A stretch of 64,000 nt of DNA from Paramoeba atlantica (taxonomy: Eukaryota; Protista; Discosea). Below, piece by piece: positions 55,001 to 64,000 of this stretch. The stretch spans positions 1 to 64,000 of the forward strand of contig CDRNVI010000019.1 of the NCBI GenBank assembly GCA_977017575.1. Reading direction: 5' to 3'. The notes beneath the pieces were generated by a model that was not told where the DNA came from, ran no database searches, and was given only the letters and a program-made list of their open reading frames with translations. The position numbers and the translations under genes were made by a program. Within the stretch, counting starts at the first letter, position 1; each line of letters starts with the position of its first letter.

Positions 55001-58000
55001 CACGTACGCGATCCCGAATTGTTTCCTTACTTTTCGTTCGGAGATGCGTAACAAGAAAGCCTAAAAGTTTTCGTATTTCACTATTCACATAGTCCGTAAA
55101 TGGAATCAAAGAATATGCGTGAAGCAGTGCATTTATCTGAACGGCTTGTAAGGTTTCACCTTCGATGGCGCATTGCAGGAATGGGATTATTTTCGTTACC
55201 AAATAAGTTTCAACGAACTTGCTCTTTTCGGCGGGAAATATTTTTATCAAACGCATTACCATATTAGAAGCCAAGTTGTGAGACGGATATTTCTTCAACA
55301 ATTGCAATATCCTATTGAAAATCCGTAAATACAACCTAGGAGGACAATGTTTGGCTATAACGAGAAGATTTTTGAGTACCAAGCTCGTCAACGTACGCCG
55401 CTGTTGTCGTCGATAGGTCTTTTTATCAATCCCTTCAGAAGTTTCCATAGCAAAACACTTTCCACCGAGTCCCAATAATTGCAAAAGTTTGACTAAATGC
55501 GGAACAAAGTACAGAGCAGCATCTTTTATGCCTATCTTTGAGTGCGACAGTCCATATTCTAATTTCTCATGAAGAAGAACCAAACCTTTCGAATTTTCGG
55601 ATACGTTCGGAGATTGAAGCAACACATACACGTTTTTCGAGTCTTGGGATGAATACATTTCGCGAAGCCCCTCATATCGATGGACTCCAAAAGAACTTCG
55701 GGCAACCACACCTAACAGACCCAATGCAGCCTTTCGAGCCCACGGCTGACTGTGTCCTAAAAGTATTTGAATTTTTGGCATAATAACTGGAGTCAGTATT
55801 CCTTCATTAAATTGCAGTCTGGTCAAATGATTTTCCAAAAGCGAATAACTCGTGATCAGTGATTCAAGCACTGCAGAAGCGTACGTGTGAGAGTCGGTAT
55901 TTTCAGCGAAAAATAGAAAAGATAAAATAAAGTGAACAAGGGCTTCATTCTCCTTTCCTTCTGGAAGTATTGATGGAAGGTGTATATCGCTAAACCTTTC
56001 AGTGCCAAATTCAACATCTTCTTCAGTCGTATTGTGCGGTAAACGCTTATCAAATTTATAGCAGTTCTTGTAGAAGAGCAACAAATATTCCCATGCATGA
56101 TTTCTAGCCAATTGGTTTGGACGACTCACTTGCCGATCTTGTGCGTCAATACTATTCGCAAGAAGGGCGCGAACAATGCGATTAATACCAATTGTAATTT
56201 TGGAATCACTGATGACATCAAGCGCATGAGTAATATCCACCCGCATTGAATCGCTGCGAATGGAAAAAAGCAATGAGGATAAATTGGAACGCATAGCAGG
56301 AAATTCCTTCGGGTCTGAAAACCTCACAAGCGATCGAATAAGCTGAATAGTGCTACGCAGCGAACTGCAGTCAGCAGTTTTAAACTTCTTGCCACATATT
56401 TCTTTACAATGCGAAAATAAAAATGTTAGTATCAGAGACGACCCACGACCTAGAAAGGGAAAGTCGTGAAGAGTTGGTTCAGCGCACGTTTTTTCTTCTG
56501 CCATCAAGCTAAAAACCTCATTAATACACATTGTGCACGTGCGCAAAGTGGCGCTGAACAGCTGCTTCGATATTTCCGAATGACGCAGTATTGATTCAAA
56601 CAGAAGTAATAATTTAGGAAGTCGGGGTTGTATTACCAGAGTAGGAAACGTGTTCGAATATGAACAACAGGCTGATGCATCATTTAGATTGCTTTCCTTT
56701 GCACCCATTGCGCTCCTGGAAGTACAAATAATATCTAAATTATCCAACAAATATTTCAAACGTGCTTCGCAAAGCTTACTTTCTTTTAGTAATAAAGACT
56801 TCCGAAAATCAAAAAGTGATGCGTCGGTCGCATATTCTTGGGGAAAGGAATCTAAAAACAACGCTCGATCGAGTATTTCCGGAAATTCCAAGAGAAGGTA
56901 GTTAAGTGCACCGCATTTGACCCAACTTTTCATTAGTTCCTCGAAAACTGGCCGCGAAAGCTTCAAATTAAAAGTTGTCTTCAATATTCGTTGTACGTCG
57001 CTTCTAGGAAATATTGCAGAGTTAACAGAAGGTGAAAAAACATCTAAAATCTCGAACAGCAAGAATACCCCTTCCTGACAAGTTTTCGTGTATTCAGGTG
57101 TAATATTAGACAATACTGTCGTGCGAGGTTTGTGAGCGTCCTGAAGTATACAAGAAGCAAGATAATGAATCATATCCAGTACGCAGTCAGACATAAGGTG
57201 GCGTAAATTACGCACCATGCTTCGTAAGAGAAAAACAGTGCGAGAAGCTCGTCGAGATGCCGCATGCACATTAGTATCCTCAATGATTCCATGAGACAAA
57301 AGCGGTAATACGACTACGGATTTTATCGTTGCAGTATCAAATTTGCCAACAAAACGAAAGAGGTGTAGTGTATTAGGATTCCGATCCAAGTTATACAAAA
57401 GAGTCCTGCTAGCGATAATGAGAACTGCCATCAAAAAGCATATATCCGCCGCGCAATCAATTCCTTCTAGTTGAAGACGCTTTATTTTGTGAGACCGAAA
57501 TTTGGTCCTATGAAAGCCAAGATTCAAACAAAGTTCACTCAACGAGGGACCCATAGTGGAAAACGGCTCAATGAGTAAATTTTTGAGGCCTTCGATACAG
57601 GAAATTTGTATATTGGAGGATGGATGTTTCAAAAAACAAAGAAATATTTTTTGAAGTATGGTTCGCACATCATCGGGTTCTAATTTAGGAACAACACCTT
57701 CTGTTGTATCTACAAGATCAATTAGAGAAGATTTGGACCAGAGCTCGAGCAACACCAGCAGTGTTTCGTCAGAAGCATTTCGAAAAGTGGAAGAAACTGA
57801 CCAATTTATTGAACGTAGATAACGCTCACCACTGTCGTGATCTTCAGATTTCGACGCTTGAAGGTAGGAAGGGGGAAGCAATGATGACCGCCATGCTTCC
57901 TCACAATCAAGTTTCGTTTCTTTCAATAACCAATGCCACAAAGTTACAATGAACTGATGCGTTGCATCGCCAAGCTTTTTTCGAGGCTGCAAATGAAGTT

Positions 58001-61000
58001 TGCTTAGTTCATCGTTTCCCGAAGAAACAGATAAAGCAGTAGTTGAACCTTCTAATACAGTTCTAGACGCTACCTTCTCTATATGTTTCTGTGATGCACT
58101 GTACTTCGAACATAACGAAACTAGAAGCCCGGTAACCATTTTCCAAAGAGCCCGAAATACGGAAACAGGATCCGAGCACACTTTCTGAGAGAAGATACTG
58201 CGAAATGGTGCCGGTAAACCAATTGTATCCTTGTACTCATGTCTTGTCACGGTACATTTCGTGCTGTCCTGGTCATGTAGCATACAACTAATCAAGTGCT
58301 CGTGCAAAACCCCGAGTGCAGCAGGAAACGTGTGACACAATAGCTGAAGAATGAAAACACAGTGCTCGGATAGTGGAGTGTACTTGCAAAACATAAGACC
58401 TAATAAATGGGATGTAACAATTTCAATAACGCAATCTGATTCCAATGAGTCAATGTTAGTACGCACAACTTCTCGTAGATTGTGTAGTGCGCTGATTTTC
58501 AGTCGAGAAGTTTCAACAAGAAGCGGATCCAGTTTTTCGGCATCCGTGCACAATCTAATAGCTGGATGATCGACAAGTTTTTGACTTAACAAAAGAGCAT
58601 TATAGCGCATGTCGGGGTGAGGGTGACGTAATAGTTTTTTAACAACATCGAAGCGGGCTTCCGACTTCCAATAAGTGCTAGACGTTGCTCGCACTATAAC
58701 CTTTAACATTTCTGGAGAAAACAGAAAGCGATCCGAAGTATTCACTTGCTCGGAAGCATCGTTCATGTGAATACGTTCCGTAACAAGTTGCAAAATATCT
58801 TCGAGAGCAGTAAGTGCAAGATCGACCATTGTGTAGCTTTGCGATCCTGTTTCACCAGTAAGCACGGGACGCACCACTCGACACTCATCGCCGTTGAACG
58901 AACTTGTCACTACGTACCACAGATTCGCTATACAATTGTCAGTAAATACAATGTCCGCGTGATCAACATGCCATTTGTTTTCAAGTACATATTGAACCCA
59001 TTCATTCATCAGACGTGTTGAATCTTCCAATTTTTCTACGTCACTGACAGATATCCACCCAATAACTTTAAAATAATTAGAGATAAATGTCCTTTCATCA
59101 GGAACGTCAGACTTCGATAGCGCATTAAGAACTCTACTGAAGGCACCTTGATTCACTTTGAGATTTACCAGCCAATTGTAGAGATCAAAATTTATAGCGA
59201 TTTTAGTGCTATCGCCGTTTCGAACAATACATGAACTCTTCTTTCTTTTCATTGTGGTTACTTTATCACATTTTAAAGACCATTTGCTGGGTTCCGCTTT
59301 ATCTTCCCCTATAATCAGAGTTTCGCGTGAGTCTATAATGCAGGGACACAATGCAGCTAACAAATCTACAATACAGGGAATCATGTCTCTCGAACTAGAA
59401 ACAATGTCGTGTGTTTCCATCTCTAAAGCGTAAAAGTTCCTCTTGATTGCATCAGTCAGCGACTCCAGTAGCACAGGTAATATGCCGTAATCAAAAGATT
59501 CACCTGTCGTATTCATCCAAAATCTTGTGGCTGATGTGACTGATCTAATTCCATTGGCAGTAACAAATACATCGCTAAGAGTCTCTTGCAGCAATTTTTG
59601 AAAAATATCTGATGCATCATAGCAGGGATCTACCTTGGGGTACAATTTCACTATTTCCATGCAATAATAAGCGCAAAGATGCTGAGACTCAATGCATTTG
59701 CGCAAGATTTTGCCATCTGTTTGGCTCCCACTTTGTATGCTATCTCTGATCTCAAGCGCTAAGCGTAAGAGCCGATTAAAAAACATCGATTCCGTCATAT
59801 TCATTGCTCGAGGTGCACTATCCAATACTTGTGTGATAAATACGAAGCAGATGTACGCGCTTGGATGAATACTGGTCTTTTCAAAATTCTGCTCTTTGTT
59901 TCGCTTTTGTGCAAAATCGATTTCCTGGCAAATGCAGTTGAATAGAAGATCCACATCGGATGAGGCCAATTTCTGCGAATAGCAAAGCTTTTTTAACGCG
60001 ACTGCTGCAGCAGTAGGAATATAACTTAGGGAAAAAGAATGATCTACGCCGATGGGAGTTGAACTGCGCATTGAGACTCTTAGTGCTGCGCTAAACATGG
60101 ACGCTGCATTTCGATGTAGATTCCCAACTAAAGTCCCTCTTGATACATTGTACAAAAGTGAAGACAAAAAGGAAGTTGCAAGTTTTGTACAACGCTCACG
60201 CTTCTTATCCAAGCTCCCAATCACTGTCGTGATAATGTGAAATAGCGTGACAAGGTAAGGCTCTATTTCCTCCGAAGCCACAACTTTTAGGGGAAATTCA
60301 CACGCATTTGCGACCAATTGCCTCAGGGGCGCACTATCCGATAATAACATTGGCAACAAAGCAAGAATAAGCTGCTTCCATTTAAGTAGGCGTTGACTGT
60401 TTTCTGTTTCTGTTTCCGTTTCATTGTTATCCCACACAACACTCATTCGTCTCTGCCAAAGGCAGCGAACTACAGTGTTCAGAACTGTACTTGTAACGTT
60501 CATGAAGGCCTCGTTCTGGATGACATTAGGAAGTGGTGACAATGAGACTTCCTGGACTGCAAAGCTCAGATCGTCTGAAGTTCGTCCAAGATTTGTAAAT
60601 ATTACCCCAAACAATAGATAGCCAACACTGCCAAGTAGGACGCGGGGCAAGTGTAGAATCGCGTTGTCGCCTGCATCCAGCACAATTGCAATAAGAAGTT
60701 TGAGGAGCTGGGGATGATTCGGCGTAATTGAGCTACCATTATACAGAAATGAAGTTTCAGATTTCTTCTGGACAGTGAATGACTGAGCCATTTTTGAGAG
60801 CTCCGTGTCATTAATAATAGTTTTTTTAGCAGAGAACGTTGGAGTTTTCCCTCCAAAAATGACTGTGCCACACTCTTCCCGCAGTGCACCATGCACGAGC
60901 TCGATACAAGTTTGCACATTTAACTTTATTGAGGCAACATTACCTATCATGGTCTGTAAACGCGATCGAAGCGTGTGCAGTACGCGTGCATTACTATTCT

Positions 61001-61295
61001 TTACTACTGTTTTCTCATTGGCGGTGTTATATTCTGTCACTAACTTATGAATAGCAGCCGCGGTGTGAGTCTGAAATGGGGGTGAAGGCTCCGGAGGGAA
61101 ATCAAACTCACTGCCGTAAAGTACCAGGGATGCAGGAAACTTTTTTGAACGTTTAATCTTGCTCGAGTTGAAAAAAGAACTTTTCGGAGACTTTTGTTCC
61201 TTAGGCTTCCCATAACGAGTTACGTCATGGTCGGAAGTTGCGACTTCAGACACTGAGCGGGTTCGCTTTCTTGTTTTTACCATTTTATCCGTCAT
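52014..61295 (-). CDS. UTP20: SSU processome HEAT-repeat protein UTP20 (~3090 aa)
   Basis: LRTKSKETIRDRVREIL..LG...GYQVHVLGYT and SYFGKVGEEK...KESKKNRSLE match conserved UTP20/DRIM blocks; the size fits. Confidence 0.85.
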   Translation of the reverse strand: MTDKMVKTRKRTRSVSEVATSDHDVTRYGKPKEQKSPKSSFFNSSKIKRSKKFPASLVLYGSEFDFPPEPSPPFQTHTAAAIHKLVTEYNTANEKTVVKNSNARVLHTLRSRLQTMIGNVASIKLNVQTCIELVHGALREECGTVIFGGKTPTFSAKKTIINDTELSKMAQSFTVQKKSETSFLYNGSSITPNHPQLLKLLIAIVLDAGDNAILHLPRVLLGSVGYLLFGVIFTNLGRTSDDLSFAVQEVSLSPLPNVIQNEAFMNVTSTVLNTVVRCLWQRRMSVVWDNNETETETENSQRLLKWKQLILALLPMLLSDSAPLRQLVANACEFPLKVVASEEIEPYLVTLFHIITTVIGSLDKKRERCTKLATSFLSSLLYNVSRGTLVGNLHRNAASMFSAALRVSMRSSTPIGVDHSFSLSYIPTAAAVALKKLCYSQKLASSDVDLLFNCICQEIDFAQKRNKEQNFEKTSIHPSAYICFVFITQVLDSAPRAMNMTESMFFNRLLRLALEIRDSIQSGSQTDGKILRKCIESQHLCAYYCMEIVKLYPKVDPCYDASDIFQKLLQETLSDVFVTANGIRSVTSATRFWMNTTGESFDYGILPVLLESLTDAIKRNFYALEMETHDIVSSSRDMIPCIVDLLAALCPCIIDSRETLIIGEDKAEPSKWSLKCDKVTTMKRKKSSCIVRNGDSTKIAINFDLYNWLVNLKVNQGAFSRVLNALSKSDVPDERTFISNYFKVIGWISVSDVEKLEDSTRLMNEWVQYVLENKWHVDHADIVFTDNCIANLWYVVTSSFNGDECRVVRPVLTGETGSQSYTMVDLALTALEDILQLVTERIHMNDASEQVNTSDRFLFSPEMLKVIVRATSSTYWKSEARFDVVKKLLRHPHPDMRYNALLLSQKLVDHPAIRLCTDAEKLDPLLVETSRLKISALHNLREVVRTNIDSLESDCVIEIVTSHLLGLMFCKYTPLSEHCVFILQLLCHTFPAALGVLHEHLISCMLHDQDSTKCTVTRHEYKDTIGLPAPFRSIFSQKVCSDPVSVFRALWKMVTGLLVSLCSKYSASQKHIEKVASRTVLEGSTTALSVSSGNDELSKLHLQPRKKLGDATHQFIVTLWHWLLKETKLDCEEAWRSSLLPPSYLQASKSEDHDSGERYLRSINWSVSSTFRNASDETLLVLLELWSKSSLIDLVDTTEGVVPKLEPDDVRTILQKIFLCFLKHPSSNIQISCIEGLKNLLIEPFSTMGPSLSELCLNLGFHRTKFRSHKIKRLQLEGIDCAADICFLMAVLIIASRTLLYNLDRNPNTLHLFRFVGKFDTATIKSVVVLPLLSHGIIEDTNVHAASRRASRTVFLLRSMVRNLRHLMSDCVLDMIHYLASCILQDAHKPRTTVLSNITPEYTKTCQEGVFLLFEILDVFSPSVNSAIFPRSDVQRILKTTFNLKLSRPVFEELMKSWVKCGALNYLLLEFPEILDRALFLDSFPQEYATDASLFDFRKSLLLKESKLCEARLKYLLDNLDIICTSRSAMGAKESNLNDASACCSYSNTFPTLVIQPRLPKLLLLFESILRHSEISKQLFSATLRTCTMCINEVFSLMAEEKTCAEPTLHDFPFLGRGSSLILTFLFSHCKEICGKKFKTADCSSLRSTIQLIRSLVRFSDPKEFPAMRSNLSSLLFSIRSDSMRVDITHALDVISDSKITIGINRIVRALLANSIDAQDRQVSRPNQLARNHAWEYLLLFYKNCYKFDKRLPHNTTEEDVEFGTERFSDIHLPSILPEGKENEALVHFILSFLFFAENTDSHTYASAVLESLITSYSLLENHLTRLQFNEGILTPVIMPKIQILLGHSQPWARKAALGLLGVVARSSFGVHRYEGLREMYSSQDSKNVYVLLQSPNVSENSKGLVLLHEKLEYGLSHSKIGIKDAALYFVPHLVKLLQLLGLGGKCFAMETSEGIDKKTYRRQQRRTLTSLVLKNLLVIAKHCPPRLYLRIFNRILQLLKKYPSHNLASNMVMRLIKIFPAEKSKFVETYLVTKIIPFLQCAIEGETLQAVQINALLHAYSLIPFTDYVNSEIRKLLGFLVTHLRTKSKETIRDRVREILTHVLQSFGFASYFPFVLSQSRAILSDGYQVHVLGYTIIDILIRCKDVIHSAKCARNVIREKREEITAILLDSYFGKVGEEKTIRKLRTLKESKKNRSLEGMTFLAEIGNPEMEFEIMLSTVRWLLSPDANHKSFLKNEKRTTADRVSVNKARQMALAVIEGLILNVESDFDILLKLALQVLETNYSALEHISRQFDKDRGFGSALQVNQSESKVQRATYSKHFENTFSLQLPAERRDVDFVSTPILDLSRQRKQKLRKTTMTNEGILTHQIRDVSNEAALLLSKQIWRKRNVQYGCVQTFSEKDNASHVSFYSESDSTAPKDIRTTQELDVLSNKFVSVFLPLLMNVLRHDASDETVKAVLLLLQEIFQHRSPFSEEHVERLFEGILGILDRGGSIRTNCFRVLSLLMKPVFCKPELTTVSVIVSTIHADVVHKRNVSSALSLLKVIMVRRWNVIEVVDIMPKILETMIQTADGGVRNRCLAIIAIFFTDYLPLDHIQSYMDILLSHAKCPTDDARFGVLRLMYVLMKRCPLQVLSEHAHVIMSVLAHSLASDGTSKCRKQAAAALSCILEDGESLTLVKSIILSWLQDCDQEVQYTGVSVSKLLFQNISHRASEQISNIEEYFKSSGLNSLCATCGQHIIQILEVQINLNYSDIIFPDNEQETLMKKKQSPNTNLLTCLMDALISYVRITSFLQESRPAFAKSWKGFQLACHVSCGILHSEGDVRMMTFSLLGAIIEVFSRLSLSPIVSLVGDNDGVSSDSFSLTNSKLEQILQCGAQNMVRLTSRSNEMPHALNVHYFDLEHGNDAVNRCINFFVMITELTRAIEVSERTQSLVLTYLRRAVSPLFPKKYAQMKSNSALNQEQISTQHLPRLLAYCIILHQIAPIVIHSKQSALNKAHCSTELCRAAGFLSRIARMKESLGSGIIRKAISAHETIRTLPLPTMRERTEHCGSEASVLGEQITQQHSALRKITLRRVPKKCRKRSLFFRRK

Positions 61296-61383
61296 TGAAC
61301 AAAAGAAAAATATAAGCTTGCACAAAATAATTTATTTCTGTTTCTAGACACATGTGAAATGTTTGTAAAATATTTTCGGCTCG

Positions 61384-62597
61384 ATGCCATCGAAAATGTA
61401 CCCTAAAACTGTTTTTTTTGAGTTTTTTATAGTTTTTGTTTCTTCACCCCAGATTCATATTGGGGTGCCTTTGCAACGTTTTTTCATCCATTTTTACATG
61501 CTTTTTACCAAGTTTTTACCAATTTTATCCTCAAAGCATAACGTCCGATGTTAAAAAAGCCTATTGTTTTCGGAATTTCTTTCACTCTTGCTTCATTTAT
61601 AAGAATGTAGCAAGTGGACGTGGAGGTGGCCGAGTGGACGTGGAGGTGGCGGAGTGGACGTGGAGGTGGCGGAGTGGACGTGGAGGTGGCGGAGTGGCAA
61701 GAATTCAAAGTTTGAAGCACATGGTGCTCAGACGGCGAGTTCAAACTCGCTCATCGCAATATTCCCGGCGGCCTCACTCTAAGAGGCTGGGCTGATAACC
61801 GACTAGGCCCAGTACTCGGAGGACCGTCCCGGACCCTCCCCTCAGGGAACCAGCTCCCTTACCCGGCTTACACCTCTTGGGTAAGCCGTGTTGACGTGCA
61901 GTTCGTCGACGCAGCGTGTTGGCAACAGCACGTTGGTGCCGCCTTGGACAAGCGGAAACTGGTAGAGGACGTCGGTCTCGGAACTTCCAAATCTGTCTGT
62001 GAAGGGTCTGGCTTGCCAGTGACCATCCGGAGCAATCCGGAATGATTTGGATTTTTGGATTGGATCATAAGAATGAAGTACTGGTGTTCGCAGCGATTGC
62101 CTCGCCTTCCCTCAGGGCAAGTGCACGTAGTGCTTTCCCTCTATGTAGATTGCGTATTGTCGATCAGTTTCTCATTGCACAATGTACTTCTATTCCCCTT
62201 CAAAAGCACGATAGCGACGTTTCAAACGGATATACGGGAAGGGATATGTCAGTACATGGTGCAAGGAGAAACGTACGGGGAAAGACCTAGTACGTGCACT
62301 TGCCCAGAGGGAGGACAGAAGCAATCGCTGCAAACACCAGTACTTCGTTCTTATGAACGAAGTAAGAGTGAACGAAACCGATGAAATTCCGAAGAAAGAA
62401 ACTTTTTTAACCTCGGAATTTAAGTATTGACGATAGACTAGGTAAACAAAAGTATGTAAAAATGGATGAAAAAAAATGAGGATGTAAAAATGGATGAAAA
62501 AACGTTGCAAAGGCACCCCAATATGAATCTGGGGTGAACAAATGAAAACTATAGAAAAATCAAAAAAATCGATTTTGGGGTACATTTTTGATGGCAT
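61384..62597. mobile_element. ~1.2-kb element bounded by ~115-bp imperfect inverted repeats
   Basis: 61384-61498 is the reverse complement (with mismatches) of 62482-62597; encloses a 20-bp satellite and a long foldback. Confidence 0.6.
61612..61698. repeat. 20-bp G-rich minisatellite S5 (GAGTGGACGTGGAGGTGGCG)
   Basis: About 4 units. Confidence 0.9.
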
Positions 62598-62919
62598 TAA
62601 TCCGTATTTTCTTTAATGACAGAAACTTAGAAGACTCAATCAAAAGTTTTTTAGGAGAGAAGATAGAAATATTCCGAGAACACTTGCGACGACTCTATAG
62701 GCGGTTAATGTTTCGTAGCGGAAAATGGAATGACCAATACCCGTACATTCTTAAGGATTGTCGGTTTCACGATCAGTAAAAACTTTGATGAGTATTGAAG
62801 TTAGTAATGTAGTGTAAGAAGGTTTAGCGTCCCAAGAAGTGCTGCGTCCAGTATTAATAGTAGTAACTAAAAAAGGTACATTGTACCTTTTTGCATTTCA
62901 ACGCAGCGTGATCCATGTT

Positions 62920-63597
62920 CTACTCGCAACGCCCACCAAAGCTACCCCCATCAGGTCTGATTATGACTTTGACTTTTGTACCCGCTTGAACTGCATCAGT
63001 AACTGTTACCTGTCCATCGCATTCCTCAAAAGTCGCAAATTTAAACATACCACGAGAAAAGACTTTCTCCGTTGTGTAAACATAGTTTACCGGTATAGTA
63101 AGCTCAGGATAGAACTCTTTCTCATTTTCCTCATCATTAATTCTCAACAAATCACAAGGCATCCGAACTGCAAGAAAATTCTGATGCGTCTCAGAAAGCT
63201 CTGAAGCTGGAATATTTATCTCTTTACCGTGGTGTATAGAATCTGGAGGAAATACAAAGCAAGCGTTGTCATCATCGTCATAGCCACTGAAATAGACTTT
63301 GAGTCGTTCGGAATTAGCTTCCGGAAGATCTTGAGTAGGATTAAGTGTGAGCTCTTTTCCTCTTCCAACGGATCCTTTACTCAGACACGAAAGTCGAACA
63401 TGCATTGATGCTACATTTTTTCCCTTTTGCGATCTACTCGACTTAAGGATACGCCAATGTTTATTTTCATAACGGACAAGCATACCCGGCTTAACCCTTT
63501 CGGCGGTAACAAAACGTCGTTGTTCATGTAACCACCCATGCGAGGAATGTTTTGCTGTGCAACGCAGACTAAAACTTGTGTTGCAAAAACTTCGCAT
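62920..63597 (-). CDS. Mitochondrion-targeted elongation factor P-like protein
   Basis: Presequence MRSFCNTSFSLR..., then VTAERVKPGMLVRYENKHWRILKSSRSQKGKNVASMHVRL (EF-P KOW domain with the conserved Lys loop), and VTVTDAVQAGTKVKV at the C-terminus. Confidence 0.65.
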   Translation of the reverse strand: MRSFCNTSFSLRCTAKHSSHGWLHEQRRFVTAERVKPGMLVRYENKHWRILKSSRSQKGKNVASMHVRLSCLSKGSVGRGKELTLNPTQDLPEANSERLKVYFSGYDDDDNACFVFPPDSIHHGKEINIPASELSETHQNFLAVRMPCDLLRINDEENEKEFYPELTIPVNYVYTTEKVFSRGMFKFATFEECDGQVTVTDAVQAGTKVKVIIRPDGGSFGGRCE

Positions 63598-64000
63598 GAT
63601 CTCCTTACACTGCATGAGAATATTAACTATCTCGCTAAAATAACATAGTATCTGATGATAAACTAAAAAATATGTTAAGTAAAAGTGTATCTGAACCGTG
63701 TTCCGTATTATTGTGCCCCCCGTCACAATAACTAGCTAGGCAGAATACGTGGCTATAGGCACAATAACTAGCTATCATAAATAAGGTAAAAAAAAAATTG
63801 GCGCCGCTTCGCGACGCCTTTTTTGACCATCATGGATGAAAAGTCTTCTGAAATGTGAAAGCTAAGCGGTTAAACTGAACCATATTCCGTACTTTCTCTG
63901 TTTCTCCAAAAAAAATCATCCTTCAACTTTGAGATTTTCTCTTGCTTATGACTCCTTACGAATGGACGCAAGTACAATGCTCCTCCAAATTTAGCAACAC

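Noticed and set aside
1-64000. Genome-wide stop-codon reassignment
   Set aside because: Long genes such as UTP20 (3100 codons) are open in the standard code; the only in-frame UGA in a host gene is at the SelD Sec position.

Overview
Almost all of the window (about 3.85-64 kb) is intron-free eukaryotic DNA that looks kinetoplastid (euglenozoan). The host genes all lie on the minus strand like a polycistronic unit, there is a degenerate copy of the 39-nt spliced leader (SL), and the tRNA-Ile(UAU) and 9/4-fold tRNA-Sec are eukaryote-type. A Perkinsela-like prokinetoplastid is plausible, but that is inference. Recognisable genes: GPI8/PIG-K (5' part), UBP14/USP5-like deubiquitinase, a possible SYCP2/KKT17-18-like protein, a Sec-containing selenophosphate synthetase (in-frame UGA plus a candidate SECIS), a DEDDy-exonuclease/zinc-knuckle protein, a macro-domain protein, a Pex26-like protein, a SpoU methylase, ATP23, UTP20 and a mitochondrial EF-P-like protein. 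The first ~3.65 kb is a Flavobacteriaceae-type SprB-repeat/T9SS adhesin gene fragment joined through a (GAA)-rich tract, most likely an assembly chimera. A repeat island (6.7-24.8 kb, with related pieces at 39-50 kb and 61-62.6 kb) holds nested Tc1/mariner and Harbinger-like DNA transposons, TA-flanked MITEs, 19-21 bp minisatellites, hairpin-ended modules and a six-tRNA cluster. Most striking: (1) an intact CRE/SLACS-like non-LTR retrotransposon headed by an SL relic, with a tandem structured RNA in its 5' UTR and three 2A/StopGo-like motifs, two of them followed by AT-hooks; (2) tRNA-Sec placed 3 nt behind tRNA-Ile as a probable dicistronic Pol III unit, with a Sec-type SPS2 in the same window; (3) a non-coding element family whose terminal palindrome occurs in flip and flop orientation.
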